Source of the DNA: Podarcis vaucheri | Lineage: Eukaryota | Reading direction: 5' to 3' (one strand) | Assembly: GCA_965113315.1 (NCBI GenBank) | Contig: OZ220364.1 | Length of the DNA: 64,000 nt | Shown here: positions 1 to 64,000 of the stretch, in pieces | How positions within the stretch are numbered: the stretch's first letter is position 1 | Layout: every line of letters starts with the position of its first letter | Notes under the pieces: generated by a model | What the model saw: the letters and a program-made list of their open reading frames with translations, nothing else | Told to the model about the DNA's origin: nothing | Databases searched by the model: none | Made by a program: the position numbers and the translations under genes

Positions 1-628
1 ACACTGCATTGCATGCTAAACAACTGAGTATCAGAGGTGAAAACACTGTAGCTAAAAATATATTTTTTAAGAAGTGCATGAGGTTGGGGAGAGGGAAGGA
101 AGCTGGGAGCGGGGAGGGAGACTAAGGATTTGTACTGTTCTATTGTAGTACAGTAATGTGTAAACCCTAATAAACCATGTGGATTTTTTAATAAAATAAA
201 AATTACAGTGTTACTATATAGTTGTTCCAAACAAAACCTGGTGAAGCACAAATTAATAAATATACAGGCTCCAAGCTACTTTGGTTGTTTTGCTGCTGCA
301 GTGAGCTAAGCTTCAGTTTGGCTTAGTGTGTCATCTGAACTTGGACTCGCATTTCGCGCTCTCTCCGCATATCACAAGCTGTAAACCAAAGAACAATCCT
401 TGGTTGCAGCTTGTGGTTTGTCTGAAGAGAGTTAATCTATGACTTGAGGTTCCGAAAGCATGCTAAGCCAAACCATGGTTTAGCTCAGCAAAACACAAAA
501 GCTAAATGACCAAGGAAGACCAAAGTGGCCACAATCTCCTCTCTGGAAGCCCACTATGCTCTTTTATGCTAAGACATGGTTTAGCTTAGTGTTACATGTG
601 AAAAAGGGAAGTGACGTTTTCAAGAGTG

Positions 629-637
629 AAAGGATAC
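629..637 (-). other. U12-type 5' splice site of IFT122 intron 27
   Basis: GTATCCTTT directly after exon 27. Confidence 0.85.
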
Positions 638-54535
<53,898 letters not shown>

Positions 54536-55110
54536 GTTTCCCCCTCCGGCGCATCCCCTTCGCGACCTCCCTGCCCGCCCCTCCCCCAGCGCCCAACTCC
54601 CGCTTTCATTTATTTATTTATTTATTTGTGTACATAGGACGCCGGGCTGCAACCCAAGGCAACACGCATGCGCAGTTTCCACGCGCCTCCCCTCCTTTTT
54701 TCCTTTCCCTTTGCGCAAGGGGGAAAAGCGACGAGCGAAGCGCCCTTGGTTGTGCGCACGCGCAGAAGCGCCTCTTGCGCATGTCTGAACTCTCCACCGA
54801 GTTCCTCCCCGCCCCCCTCTCCCCAACCACACTTTCTATGACGCCCGGGGGAGGACGCGCAATATTAATATTAGGGGCGGGTGGGACGAGGGTGTGGAGA
54901 GAGGAGGAGCTTGTGTCGAAAGTGCGCGTGCGCAAAAGCCCGCTCAGGTGTATTCGCGCTGCTCGCGAGGTTTGATCCCGGCGCGAAGAGGAGAGAGCGA
55001 TCTCTTGGTTACTGTCATTGTGTGGGTTGGCGGCGCGTGTGTTAGGAATGCGCACGCGCCGTACGAGCAGGCGCGGGAGAATTTGCGCCTTGCAAGAGAG
55101 GAGAGGAAAG

Positions 55111-63771
<8,661 letters not shown>

Positions 63772-63895
63772 TGTATAGCTCTGTGTAGGTACACTATCTA
63801 CTGGGGGTTTTTAATATCAAATTCTTTCAATCATCCCTCTTGGTAACTATAAATGTAAACATTTTAATATATATATTGTATATTGGACACTGTGT

Positions 63896-63952
63896 ATTAA
63901 ATTTCAGCATTGGTTTATGTACATAATCCTGTTCAGACCTTTTGTAATTAAA
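63896..63952 (+). terminator. Candidate MBD4 polyadenylation signals (ATTAAA at 63896 and 63947)
   Basis: Two ATTAAA hexamers 125-180 nt after the stop codon. Confidence 0.45.
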
Positions 63953-64000
63953 GTTGACTAAGACTTGTGTTAATATTAAGTGACACTTTCTAAATTGTTC

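Noticed and set aside
280-600. Recurrent AAACCATGGTTT-like palindromes (also near 22.1-22.5, 34.3-34.7, 58.3-58.5 and 59.4-59.7 kb)
   Set aside because: Best explained as decayed copies of a dispersed DNA-transposon family; boundaries could not be defined.
54628-54975. ORF with ATG at 54781 as the MBD4 start
   Set aside because: It stops at 54975, before the exon 1 donor at 55158; it is promoter or uORF sequence.

Overview
Vertebrate genomic DNA from a squamate reptile, probably a lacertid lizard (inferred from the Sauria/Squam SINE and CR1 content). It holds two head-to-head genes sharing a CpG-island promoter at about 54.2-55.3 kb. IFT122 runs on the - strand: coding exons 1-27 were reconstructed by hand from 54535 to 638 (3388 coding nt, continuous frame), and the 3' end lies beyond the left edge. 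MBD4 runs on the + strand: 8 coding exons, 55111-63771, about 550 aa, with intact MBD and HhH glycosylase domains. Introns are rich in TEs (CR1, L2, an L1-like element, Penelope, Sauria/Squam SINEs, MIR, hAT and Tigger MITEs, several nested). Most notable observations: (1) a young hAT element carrying what looks like a captured host first exon encoding a polyQ/Pro N-terminus resembling RANBP9; (2) two U12-type introns in IFT122; (3) a conserved, frame-symmetric acidic cassette exon in IFT122; (4) a one-strand cluster of eight TAATCT motifs; (5) a potential recursive splice site at MBD4 exon 6; (6) a 1.3-kb non-coding retroposed element; (7) a Penelope relic with a decayed hammerhead ribozyme. 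No clearly new biological system can be proven from sequence alone. Comparisons with human proteins and TE consensus sequences are from memory, not from database searches.
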